64,000 nt of DNA from Psammoneis japonica. Its lineage: Eukaryota. Below are positions 11,101 to 22,766 of this stretch, piece after piece. A program made the position numbers and the translations under genes. The first letter of the stretch is position 1. Every line of letters begins with the position of its first letter. The notes under the pieces were generated by a model that worked only from the letters and a program-made list of their open reading frames with translations, did no database searches and was not told the origin of the DNA. Location: NCBI GenBank assembly GCA_008632985.1, contig QPGO01000016.1, positions 406,840 to 470,839 on the forward strand, in the 5' to 3' direction.

Positions 11101-12047
11101 TCAGTTAGTTGCCCTCTTTAGGGGGAAACTGCGCTCAAAACATCCAAACAGTTTGGGTCCCTCCCCATCAGCCTTTGCATTCTTTTGCTGTTGGCGAAGA
11201 TTCTCTACCAGCCGGCTTTGCACCTGAGCACCAAAGGCATCACCATAGGTAGGACGAGAAGCTGCTTCTTCCATATACCGTGCCAGATTCTTCCATTTCG
11301 ACGCCACGTCAATGTCGGGAAAGAACATTACCACGTACAACAAGTAGGAAGCGACTGCCACGTCTGCAATAGAAAACTCATCTCCCAACAGATACTTTTT
11401 GGTTTCCAGTATATCATTCAGCTGGTCAATCCTACGATTGGGACGTTTCAAGCCGGTATCGTAAACCTTGCCTTCTGGAGTTTCAAGAAAGCAAATCGGG
11501 TCTAAGGAAGCATTCGCCCAGGCGATCCAAGATTTAATAGACGCTTCGTCCTGTGATGATGGCTGTGACGCAGACTTGGCCAAGAGATGCAAAAGAATCG
11601 CCCCCGACTCAAAAACAACAATGCCATTTTCGTCAACAAGGCACGGGATCTGCCCAAATGGATGAGGGTTATCAGCAAGGCTAGCAGCCATTTCGAGGTC
11701 CAAGCCAAGCTCGTATGCCGCCCAGTTGACGAGAGGGGACCTTAAACATGAGAGAAGGCAGAAGGCAGGTGAGTTGCGTTTGTATCGGGGACTTTGGGAC
11801 ATGCTTTGTATGCAGTATATCTTTACCTTGAACCTTGTGATCCATATAGAGTCATCATTCCCATGTGAAGCGCCATACCATGTCGGAAATTATTGTTCTT
11901 GGTGATTGTTTGTTGAGGCCACGATGGAAGAGAAAGAGGTTTCAGAAAACCTTTAACCCCGTTATCTCTTGGGAGGGCTACAAGAAGGAAGAAAGAAATG
12001 GCCACACAGCCACAAAGGCCCCGGCGTCTCATACTCGACAGCAACAT
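11101..12047 (-). CDS. Glutathione S-transferase, probably plastid-targeted; exons ~12047-11827 and 11740-11101
   Basis: LYGSQGSR|SPLVNWAAYEL, NPHPFGQIPCL, VFESGAILLHL, YLLGDEFSIADVA. GT-AG intron 11741-11826. Hydrophobic leader followed by VKGF. Confidence 0.85.
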
Positions 12048-12501
12048 GGTTATTAAGGTACCGTATCGGAGGAACTTGCATCAATCTTGATTGGCATCGC
12101 TCGCGACTTGCTTCGGGAATCCGGAATTTTCGCGTTGGATTTCGAATGCTGTACATGCTGCGTCGTGGAATCAAAAAGATTCCCGCGCCCCGGGCTCTAC
12201 TGTAGAGCTCTTAGCTCTAGCTAGCATTAACAGCTGCCACTAGCTAAGATAGAGTAGTCTGTCCGTCAGTTTTCTTGATTGATCGGCCATTGACCCCCGT
12301 TGATCAATGGTTTTGATGGCGGAAATGGCCTTCTCGGCTCGAGCTCGGCTTCTCACTGTAAATCGTTGGCTTTGCCGTTGAGAATGTCGAAGGTGTTTGC
12401 GTGGAATCGTTCACAGCCCCTGGCATGTTGGGGGCCCTGCGACTGAATGCACTGGGTGGTGTGTGCCGAGGAGTCTCCATCATCACAAAAAGAGCAAGAA
12501 A

Positions 12502-13958
12502 ATGGTGCGCCCGAAGAAAAAGGCGAGGCACCAGGGAAGGTTTGGTGCCCGAGCCCCTTCCGTGTGTGATGAAAATGGGCAAAGGCGTTTGCATGTTGGT
12601 CGTGAGTGTCAACTCCGCATGATTTCTGATGGCAATGATGTGTGGAGATGCCGAAATGACGGTGACAGCCGAAAGGGCACGTGGGACTCCATCGCACATC
12701 GTCATGGACGAGAAACAGGATTTTGAGTCAGGACTCAAGCCCAGAGCTTGAAGCACATGAGTCATCAAACCCTCCATTTCAAGAAACGAGGGTGTGTGTG
12801 AACTCCATCCAGCACAAGCCCAAGAAGTGCGAAGCTTGGGCAAGGACCCAGAGCAATTTCGAGTGCTTTTTGAAGGCGAAATTCCCGAATGATCCGCGCA
12901 CGCAATGTCTGAACGGATTGTTTCAGAAGACAGAGGAATGCCATGCAAATCCATTGGTTGTTCCAATGAGGCAGAAGCTGGAGCCACCCCGAGAAAGCCT
13001 CATTCTGTCTTGTGTGAAGTGCTTGCGAGACGGGGTTCCTGCTGGCAGGAGCATGAAGCACGGAACCATGTCGCTCGAGCTCAATTCATTGTCGTGCACA
13101 TTGATTGAGTTCTCACATTCGAAGGGTCTGAATCGCACAGCTGAGATTAAAAAGCTGTTGGAATCATGTGAAGAGGCAGATGATGTTTCTCGTGCCAAAG
13201 CCTTTGATCCCGAGATTTTTCTTCCCATGGCTTGGGATCAGCTCTGGAGATGCACACCAGGCCTTTCCTGCATGAGAAAGGTTCGAATTTGGTCGAGGCT
13301 GCTTGGTCAGCTGTCTTTCATTGGACGTGCATCAGATGTTTCTGAGCACTGTCCCTCAACATCCAAGACAACTCTGCCTCCTACGTTGTTGACTGCGAAT
13401 TGGCTGAAGGATGGGACGCCTCGGCATTTGGATGTTTGCTTTGACAATTGGAAGGGCAGGAAACCAACAAACATTGGAAATCCTCACCACACCTGCATTT
13501 GTCATAATCCAAAGAACTTGAAATGTGACCCTGTGATGTGGACACTCAAGGAATGGCGTTGTCGTAGTGAAGACAAAACAAAAAAGGCAAAGGCTCCAGC
13601 ATTTTTTACCGTTTCAACTCAGACTTGGAACAAGCAGCTCAGGGAATGCATTTGTGGCCCACTGGGGCTGCCACACACGTCCCACAGCATTCGACGCTCG
13701 GGCGCCCAGTGGGCTTCTTGTTGTGGGGCCGACATTGCCGTGGTTCAAAACGTTGGTCGCTGGGAGTGCCTTGCGGAGTTGTTGAAGTACGTTGCCCAGG
13801 GAAACCAACGGAATCGTCTTGCAAGCGAAGATGACCAAGACCCTGTTTTCGAGTTTTGGCCGTTCTTTCCCAAAACGTCCGTGACAGCCTTGGCCACCAC
13901 TGCAGAACAAGCCAACACCATGCGGTCAAGGGCGCCAACGGCAAGTCTCAATTGGCAA
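12502..13958 (+). pseudogene. Tyrosine recombinase (phage-integrase fold), mutated
   Basis: Catalytic set R (FIGRASD), H-x-x-R (HSIRR), W (VGRW), Y (LLKYV, 13788-13790). The likely N-terminus MVRPKKKAR (12502) is in another frame with TGA at 12724, so the gene is probably disrupted. Confidence 0.8.
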
Positions 13959-14044
13959 AAAAACAGCAGCACCACTTTCATTGCACTTCATGTTGTCGTG
14001 TTTTTGTGTTTTGAAACAATGCCAGTCGATTTGCTTCGCCATTG

Positions 14045-14905
14045 TCAGCATTGTTTTTCGATGTGGATGATCTGAGTCTCACACAGAACACAAAGCTGTT
14101 TTGTGCGTGTGCTGCTGGCCGCCTTTCTGAGCAGTTGCTCAATTGTCCAATGAGCCTTGAGACGCTGCGCAAGCTTCGAGTCCCCGCCGAGATTGTGCTT
14201 CTTCAATTTGGCAGACGACCACAGGCGGACTGGAGAACACACTTGACATTTTGTTTCTTCCACCACCTTTTCTTCACATGCACGGACTGCTGCAGTGGTG
14301 TGTGTTTCCTCTTCTGTTTTAAAAAATGGCTTTGGTGCAAAACACTTGTTCTCACCACCTCTTGGTAACGTTGATGGAGGCAACCGGTCGCCGAGTGGCA
14401 CTGCTGAATCTTGTGCTTGTTCTTGCCGGGGTGGAGCCAGCAGGCAAGACGGATCCACAACGTGGTTCACCTGCACCTGACGAAACCCACGACGAATCAT
14501 TTCGTCTCTCATGGCTTCTCTTGAAACAGAAAACAATTCGTCAGTGAATGGATTTGCAAAAAAGAGTGCATCTTTGAAAAGAGCGACTTGCTCTCATGCA
14601 ATCGGCCATGTAGACTGATTGGTCACTCCGTCCCCAGCAACGGCGCCATTCTCGTTGATTCCACATTTCATCACATGGCACGCGGCATCCCTTTCAAAGG
14701 AGTCCGGGTTGAGCTCCCCAAATTCCTTGTCCCAATCCCTTGTTGCTGATGTCACTTCAAACAACTGTTCAACAGTTTGTGACGGTGGATGGGGTTGAAT
14801 CGAAGCCATGTCGCCATTGTGGTCTCCGGCGTCGGCATCATCGGCCATGTTGTCAGCCACATGGAGGGCTTGATTCACATCTGACAAGTCATAAGTCAGT
14901 GACAC
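14045..14905 (-). pseudogene. Second, convergent ORF of the YR element (unknown function), split by one in-frame TGA
   Basis: ORFs 14594-14905 and 14045-14536 are in the same frame, separated by a single TGA (likely CGA->TGA) plus 19 sense codons. Confidence 0.5.
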
Positions 14906-15822
14906 GATGCATGAAAATGCAACTCGTCATCATCGTTCTTTGTGAAATCCATCACGCGGAGCTCGGAGGGAGAGGTGAGGTTTCCCGCGTTGATCGAGGG
15001 TTCGAGTCTCGTTGATCACCGCAGACGCTCTGCAGGCGCCTGCACTGGAGACTTCGTTGATCGAGGGTCTCGATCAATGATCGACCCGTAGAAAGCCACC
15101 TCTAAATCAACAGAGCAGCGCGCAGGGGGGGCGAGCAGTCTCTACTAGCTAGCTAGAGTAGAGGGCTTCTACTGCACAGGTGACCGGATAGAAAACATCT
15201 TCTCCGTCCCCCCCTCATCTTGGCGGGATTGATCAGCCAGTGTAGCACCGGCACTACGGTGCGACATACTTCTAGAACAATGGTGCTTGACGCAGTGGGA
15301 GGAGTCAGTCGACCGCTGCTAACTCCGACTCCGAAACCCTGCTCACTACTCCGACCAATTCACGGCGTTAGGGCGTACGCGCGTCTTTTCTTTCTTCAAA
15401 GCCACACGACTCCATGAGAACGCACTGCTGCTGACTGGCGTGTACGAAATGCGACGTACAATAAAACAAAACATGTCTGTTATTCGTATGTACTGTATGA
15501 CCGAGAACGATGCTGCGAGGAAAAGAAAAGATCCAACCGAAGAGTAGCATGGTGATCGTGCATTGTTGTGGGCTAACCCCAAGAACGAGAATCAATGCAT
15601 CGCACATTGAACATCAACGACACGAACCAAATTGACAACTTGATATCTCTAAAATAGCTTTTACAAAAGCACCATCTCTTGATTACTGAATCACAAGCCA
15701 AGCCTTATACTCCTGCATGCCACAACTGAAGGAACAAATATAAAGAGTAGCTTGCTCTCGCCTTCATTGCAGAATAGGAGACTGTCCCGCCACAAAGAGC
15801 CGCGTTGAATCGCCTTGACAAT

Positions 15823-16020
15823 CTAACGACCCTTGATTTTCTTCAACCTTCTTACTGGCGCTTTGGTAGAACTTGCGGAAGATGGAGTTTTCGTGGATTT
15901 CTTCAATCTCCTGTGCCTGGCTTGTCTCCTCAAAGTGCTTTCCCACTCATCGTTGACGCCTTCTACAGATAAAGCGAAAAGAGCAAGAGAGAGAAGGAGG
16001 AAGGAAATAGAGCACTTCAT
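15823..16020 (-). CDS. Small secreted silaffin-like peptide precursor (65 aa)
   Basis: Signal peptide MKCSISFLLLSLALFALSVEG, two RRL motifs flanking KKSTKTPSSASSTKAPV, KxxK motifs. Confidence 0.55.
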   Translation of the reverse strand: MKCSISFLLLSLALFALSVEGVNDEWESTLRRQARHRRLKKSTKTPSSASSTKAPVRRLKKIKGR

Positions 16021-16678
16021 CTTACTTGAGTCTTGAAAAATGTGCTGGTTCCGCTGGTGAACGAATTCGATGCAATAATCCAGTTCGAAAAAATTATGAG
16101 AAGGGAAAGTTGGGGCTCAAGTGCGAAGTGGGGGTGAGGTGCGCGCAGCGAATCCCATCCATGACTCAACGTACTATGGCCCTGCATGTGACACGGACGT
16201 TGAACGTTAAAGATATTCTCTTTATATGATGATAGTACTCTTTTAATCAACATAAACCTTTCTTGTAATTACATATGACGACACGAAAAACGTAATTTGA
16301 CGGAGTTGGCAAACGAAAAAACCGGAGTCGGCGTTGAGGGTGGGGCGTTGAGCACTTTTTTCGATCACGCATCATAGCCAAAAACGACTAATTCAAGATC
16401 ACGGATCACCAATGTCCAATGTCACAAGAGCTGCTGCCTACTGTATGTACGGTAGGACCCTATGGTATGCACGACGAAGCATTGACCGACTCGCGCCAGA
16501 CGAAAAAGAAGTCGAATCAATCTCGGCGACGGAAGCCGACTTGAGATTGCTCTACTAGAGAGCAAGGCGCGAAGCAGCCGGACCAAAAATGACGGTCAAA
16601 AAAATCTGCAGTGCACGGCTTTCTGCGTTCTGTCATTAAAGACTAACAGTCAAACCATTGCAAAATCTTCCAAGTAAA

Positions 16679-18048
16679 ATGCCGTCGAAGAAAAGCTACA
16701 GTAACCGACGCCGTTGCTACACATTGGGGTTTCTAACAACGTTCGCCTCGAGGAACCCTCAGCTATCAACGGGTTTCGCTCTACAGATTTATCCCAATCA
16801 CAGAAGAAATCCTATCAAAACGAGCTTACGCAAGAGAGAAATTCGTCCCAGCGTAGGAAAGGAAAGTCGAAGGACTAGCAATTCGAATAACAAAAGCGCG
16901 ATGAAGAAGGAACCCATCTACTACGCAAATCACAATTTCAAATCTATTTCTGTTACCCGACAAGATTTTCTGCAGTTTGGGCTAGTTTTTAGTTGGTTCT
17001 TGGTAGCCTCTATTGGCTTTCAACCTGCGTGGTCTTCCGAGAGAGACGACGATAACAGGATTCCCGAAGAATGTCAAGATGGTTCGCTGGTTACTGGTGC
17101 GGCGTCTGCAACACCCGTGTATCTTTCTACCAATGTTGCTTCGTAAGGCAGAATGAATTCTCATACCCTTTTTCTTCATTCGCAACAGAAAGTGCGGTTC
17201 CTGGAGCCTATCAACAGGTGTGCATGTCGCTTCCAGAACGAACTATAACGCTCAAGGTCGGTCCCCAAATTGTAATTCGTCGTTGTTGCTACACATTCTA
17301 TGTGAGAAGAAATCGAATATGAAGTGCTTCTAATGCGCTTTTTTTCATGTTCTAGGCAACGGGGGATGTGATTACTGTTAAGCAAGGCCCAGCTGTTGGC
17401 GCGGGCCAGACTGGTGTAGCCGTGTGGAATTCATGTCTTCTATTGACACGACTCTTGGACGAAGTGAGCAGTGCCAGCAGTTCTTGGCTCAACAACAAGA
17501 CCGTATTGGAACTAGGCTGCGGTACGGGGCTAGCATGCATTGCCGCAAGCAAGTTGGGGTCGTCGTCTGTGATTGCGACAGACGGGAATCCTGATGTTGT
17601 CGATCTTGCTCAGACCAATGTTGAGCTGAATGGGCTATCGGACAATGTCGTGGCTACTCGGACAATGAAGTGGGGGATTATGAATGCCATGGATTTTGTC
17701 GAAGTTGCCGATGTTGTCATTGGCAGCGACTTGACGTATAATTCCGGAACTTGGAAAGTGTTGGCAGAGACTTTATCCACAGTACTCAAGCCAAATGGCT
17801 TTGTGTTGTACCTTACTCTGGGACATGCTGGCTTTGATGTAACTGGGGAATTGAATGGATTTCTTTCCGTTGCGACTAGCGAGGGTTTGGAAATAGTACA
17901 AGAGAGTAGTCCTGATTGGCCTTTGCCTGTTCCATCGTTGACGAAGTTGCTGGAAAAGTCCATCACACTGAAAGAAACTGCAGTACTCGCTGCTACTGGT
18001 GGGGTAAGAGTGGTGATTTTACGTAACAAACCCGCCCAAAAGGCGTAA
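16679..18048 (+). CDS. SAM-dependent protein-lysine methyltransferase (METTL21/family 16-like), multi-exon, possibly organelle-targeted
   Basis: TGVAVWNS, VLELGCGTGL, VIATDG, DVVIGSDLTY. Probable exons ~16679-17096, ~17189-17256 and 17356-18048. Confidence 0.8.
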
Positions 18049-18161
18049 TAGATATTCCCTAAGTAATTTGAGGCACTATCGGTAGAGAAACGAGCGCAAA
18101 AGGAGCGACTAAACTACAACCCAACATAGCGCCTGCAAATTCTGGAACCACAAAAGACTTC

Positions 18162-18689
18162 TTACTCTTCTATTTCATTCACTTGCTCTTGTTGTTCCAG
18201 ACGTCTTAGCGCAACTTGTGCAAGCTTATCTCTCTTGCGTTCTCCAAGGACGGTCTTGATGGCCGCCATACTTTTACGCACCTTCTTTCGACGCTCCGGT
18301 TGCGGAAACATCATGGTTTTCCGTCTCGACAAATTGGCTTCCGTCAAAAGCATGTTGTTTTCCTTATACAACACATACCTAAAATGAAAGTGGAATAGAC
18401 AAAGTAGCTATCCCATTAGATCGTGTCACACGTCGAGACAACGCAAGAATAAGAAACCATGTAAGACCTACCAAAGCTTGTGCAAGTCTTCAAAACTCTT
18501 ACGGCGCAGCTCCTTCACGGTCCATGAACGACCGACAGGTTCTGTGCCTCGTTTTTCGCGAGATACAGAGTCGCGAAACTCATCCAAGGGCATCCCGAGT
18601 GGAAAGGTTGCGGTGGCAATCCAGCACCTTTGTTGGACCGGTCGCACTACTACTTGTGTGAGTTTCTTGGCGAAACAATAATGAGCCAT
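18162..18689 (-). CDS. MRPL47: Mitochondrial ribosomal protein uL29m (L47); intron 18379-18471
   Basis: GRSWTVKELRRKSFEDLHKLW|YVLYKENNMLLTE...KVRKSMAAIKTVLGER. Confidence 0.9.
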
Positions 18690-19443
18690 CGTCTCTGCAC
18701 TGCGTTCTGTTGTTCTCTTTTGTTTTGCCTGTTTCACAGGCAAACGATCTCTAAGACAACTTCCACACAAATCTAGCTACCACAAAAAGAAAACCGTGCC
18801 CGTAGTCACAGAAGAGTTCAATGTCGGCTCCAGCAAGCAGCGCAATAATAGGCGATTTTTGGCCCTCTACTCTAGGCGAAAAGCAGCGATCGGTTCAGTT
18901 CATCGTCGTGTCTCCGCTCGCGAATCGCGAGGTGCCGTCGTTCGTCGGCCAGACACGAACGAGCTCACTACTTTCTCTCTTATCTTGACTATCTTACTTT
19001 TATCTTCTCGTTATTCCTCCCACTGTACGGTAGAATGTGCCTCCTATCCTACTCGTAGAAGTGTCTTGCGTCCTCCTTGCACAATTTGTGCTACGACGAC
19101 GATACCGAAGCGCATTTTACATGGAGCTGAAAGTCTGTTTGCTAGTGTGTACGGTACCCTTTCGTCATGGAAACAGCTCAACCACAGCAAAAAGATGCAC
19201 TCGAGTCCAATCAGCATCAGCTTATTACTGGCTTCACTCCACAATTCGATCCGACTAGCATCCTAAGTATTGATCGCTGTTGTTTTAATTCAGCATATGC
19301 AGTCTACTAGTACGTTACATTACACAAGTCGCAATTTGAGTCATCAAAAGGTGATGTCGTTTCATAGAGGTAAACGCCACACTATAACGGCAGTGACGAG
19401 TTATGATGGGGCACCCAGTATAACAAAATATGAGTGTGAGTCC

Positions 19444-20566
19444 TTATTTTTTCTTCTGCAAATGCTTTTTGGTTGCCTTTTGAGGTGGGAAGCGGCCATA
19501 CTTGTCTCGACGACTTTGCACGTTGGAGGGTGGCTTATGACGGATTCCTAGCCCCTTGACAATTTCCACATACTTTTCTGAGTCCTCTTTGAAAAGGAAA
19601 TTCAACAAACGACGACGCTTGTTCACCAGTGCCACAAGTCCTCTCCTGGTAGAAAAGTCTTTCGGGTGGGTCTTGAGATGTTTCGTAAGGTAAGAGATAC
19701 GCTCCGTCATGCCGGCAACCTGAAATTCGGGCGATCCAGTATCGTTTTCGTGGCGTCTATGTTTGCTTCGCAGCTCCTCCATGCGCTGTTGGGAAAGGTA
19801 CCATGCGGGTGGTTCGCCGTCGTCTTCGATTCCCTCTTCCTCTTCATCTCCCTCGAGATCGCCAACATTCAAAATAATGTCTTCCGCAGACTCCTCGTCA
19901 TCGGAAGCGATTCCCAAGTCGTTCGCTTCAGACAGAGAAACAAACGTCGGACTCATGCGTGCATCGTGTCGAGCCGTCTGTTCAGAAAAGTTAAAGCCAG
20001 AAAAATGTGAGCAAAAATCCATCAAAAGATCCGACGGAAACGGCAGATGTCGGACATCACGACCTCATAGAACCCGGAAACAGTGTATGTACGTGAGTCA
20101 GTAGAAGTCTACGTGAGTGTCAATCGTGACGTTTCTGCGAGCAAAAAATCATCGCAGATCGCCGCCCATGGTATTTTCACGCGTTACGGCCGAAAACAGG
20201 AGGTTCCATTCAATCGCAAAACATCGTTCCATAGAGCATTGTGCAAGTAACATGGCCGACAGGAATAACAGCGAAAAAAGACAATCCTTATGATGCTATT
20301 CACTCCAACTTCACACGAGCTCTCAGACCGATGCGACAACATAACCTGATGGCCGGAACGGAATCAGTACTGTGCGTCCGTGGGTTCTACGCGGCTAGTC
20401 TTTTGTGGAGGTGAGCAAGCGATACACACATCACACGCATCATGGATGCGATTGATGTGCATTCAGAGTAACTCACCGAAGATAATGCCAATGGTGCAAA
20501 CGCATCAAGAGTATTGAGAGTGACTGAAGCAAGAACAGCCAGGAGTACCGCCTTTGTGTATGCCAT
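19444..20566 (-). CDS. rps15: Nuclear-encoded plastid ribosomal protein uS15, multi-exon
   Basis: DTGSPEFQVAGMTERISYLTKHLKTHPKDFSTRRGLVALVNKRRRLLNFL. First exon MAYTKAVLLAVLASVTLNTLDA-FAP is a bipartite plastid signal. Internal exon boundaries not resolved. Confidence 0.85.
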
Positions 20567-21436
20567 GGTCTACTGATGTTTCGACGACTTGTCGACGACT
20601 GTGGCTCGAATCACTCGAAAGAGGCAAGTGTGGTTGGATGGCGCCACTCAGGATGAACTGCTACGTAGATTTTATACCAGCTCACACGTACAGTACACGT
20701 TTTACTCCACGCACGAGTTCCATAGCCGTTATGTAATTTTGGATTACTGCACGTCAGTGTTCGTAAATCTTCATTTTGAAATCTTTGATTGGACGAAGCA
20801 AGAAAAGGTGACGTCGTCCCGAACGCCGCAATAATTGACAACCCATGAGTCATCGACCGCGCTAATGACAAAGACAAAAACCCGCCAAGTGAGTTGGAAA
20901 GGATGGGACTTACTTCCCAGTTTGTTGTGTTGGTTCTTAAGCAAGAGAGAACTGAGAATTACGCATACTCTCTGTACAGAAAGGACAGAGGAGAACCATC
21001 CAACCGCCAAGCACTACCTACTTGCTTATGTTCAACATCTATCTAGAACTAGAGAAAGCTAATGACGATGATACGAAAGAGATTGGAGGGAGAGATTCAG
21101 TGAAAGCTGCTTTTCTTACGATAGTGTTTCGCAACTCAACTGCTGTGGGTGGGGTCCAGCTTTCCCACTTCCTCGCTCTAGGGCCCAGTCCCTATATATT
21201 CTGTTTGAGAGATTGTGTCCAAGCTAAGCTAGTGGGCGTTCGTGTTCTTGCACCCATACAACTCGAGACGTTCTGCCTTTAGCACTCGTAGTCGCCTCTC
21301 CATTTGTACCTGGTTGACTATATAGCATAGAGGTAAACGAGCAGTAACACTACCGGTAGACTGAACCATAAACTATGAAAACAGTTGGACTGTCCCAACT
21401 TCTATTCAGATACTTGCGCAAGCGTTCGTGACCTCT

Positions 21437-22182
21437 TCATCCTAGAACCAAGCTGTTATTGTCGTTGTTGACCTTTTCAGTATGGTACTTGTTGGACAGT
21501 TCATCATAATCTTTGATTAATCGTGCTACCGTTTCCTGGAATTCTTTCTTTTCGGGAACACAGTCGTCGAGCTCTTCAATCAAGTCCATGATGCAAGCCG
21601 AAGCAAAATACTTGTTTTGTTTCCTGTATGTATTTACGCCCCATAACTCATGCATTCTTTTTTAAAGATAAAGAAAAAGCAGGAAAAGGATAAGACCAAG
21701 CTCAGACAGAAAAGAAGGATACAAAACGCCTTCAAAAGTGCTCACGTGTTGATATCATGAGGAATTCCTTGTGCTGAAGTGATGCTATACGGAAAGAAGT
21801 AGTAGATCTTATTGAAGCCCGACCACAAAATACTGCTGACACACATGCAACACGGTTCATGTGTCGCTAAGAAGACAGATGATTGCGCAGCAGCACCTCG
21901 TTCCGGTGCTGGAGTAATCTTACTCCATTCATGGATGCACTTGACCTCGCCATGAAAAAGCGGACACTCCGTCTCGTCATTGGTGGCCGCAAGAACTGTT
22001 TTCAGATTCGAGTCGAGAATTGCTGCACCAAATACCTTGTTTCCTGCCGCAACTCCCTTCTCAGTGATTGGCAAAACTTCCTTTTCAATCACATCTAGTA
22101 GAAGACGTATTTGGTCAGTGGTCGCTTTCAATTCGGGCTGCTGCTTTGACTCATCGATCACGACGCCTTCCGTTGTACTCAT
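21437..22182 (-). CDS. Zn-dependent nucleoside/nucleobase deaminase (CDA/guanine-deaminase-like fold); intron 21657-21745
   Basis: GNKVFGAAIL, PLFHGEVKC (HxE), THEPCCMC (PCxxC), GIPHDINT|MHELW. Confidence 0.85.
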
Positions 22183-22510
22183 CTTTTCGATTTCTCTTGA
22201 GGTTGTTGTTTTCCTCTCGTGAGCAGCGTTTTTTCCCTCAATGGTCGTCCGATTTCGACCCAGACTGACCAGATGCTTCAAATTCTGTTGACACGAAACT
22301 TCTGCAAAGGTCAACGGAAGCCGGCGCGGATGAGGATACGGGACCTCAAAATTTGCCGCCAACGAAAATCTCCGGGTTCCGATCACGAAACTTCCCTCCG
22401 ACCTCGCGATCGTTTCTCTCCATTGTGAGACATGCACCTTGATTTTGATTGGAGCATACCCCGGAATCATCGTTGTTCCATTACCGAAGTTGTGGCAGCC
22501 AAGATAGTAG

Positions 22511-22566
22511 TCTAACGTACCAGAGGGTTAGGGGAGAATCTAACGTACCATAGGGTTAGGGGAGAA
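22511..22566 (+). repeat. 28-bp tandem duplication containing GGGTTAGGGG
   Basis: tctaacgtacca(g/t)agggttaggggagaa x2. Confidence 0.8.
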
Positions 22567-22766
22567 ACAGCAACTCGAGAGAAACCGTCAATTATATATG
22601 AAAAAACACATATCGTCCTATTCTATGCATACCGGAAACACTAATGTTGCGAGGACGCCACCTCATCATTGTGAATCTGCTAACCCGAACTTTCTTTCCA
22701 ACAGAAACCCCGCCGAGCGTCTCAAGTCAAATATGGACAAGATCTACCGACAAAATAAACCACCGT

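Larger units (their letters stand above)
12275..15090 (+). mobile_element. Crypton-like tyrosine-recombinase DNA element (~2.8 kb, no RT detected); TpA-depleted island 2
   Basis: YR ORF plus a convergent second ORF. Both ends carry repeated cgttgatc motifs (12298, 14988, 15010, 15055). Composition differs sharply from the flanks. Boundaries approximate. Confidence 0.65.

Noticed and set aside
15764..15946. DCQGD as a frustulin motif
   Set aside because: It is in a different frame from the signal-peptide ORF and lacks the other ACR cysteines.
21437..22182. The HxE/PCxxC deaminase as the enzyme behind the TA->TG/CA mutations
   Set aside because: It resembles free nucleoside/nucleobase deaminases, has no DNA- or chromatin-binding domain or evident NLS, and sits beside a purine permease. 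Proximity in a eukaryotic genome is not evidence.
22511..22566. Interstitial telomere
   Set aside because: Only one TTAGGG-like unit per 28-bp copy, with no tandem hexamer run.
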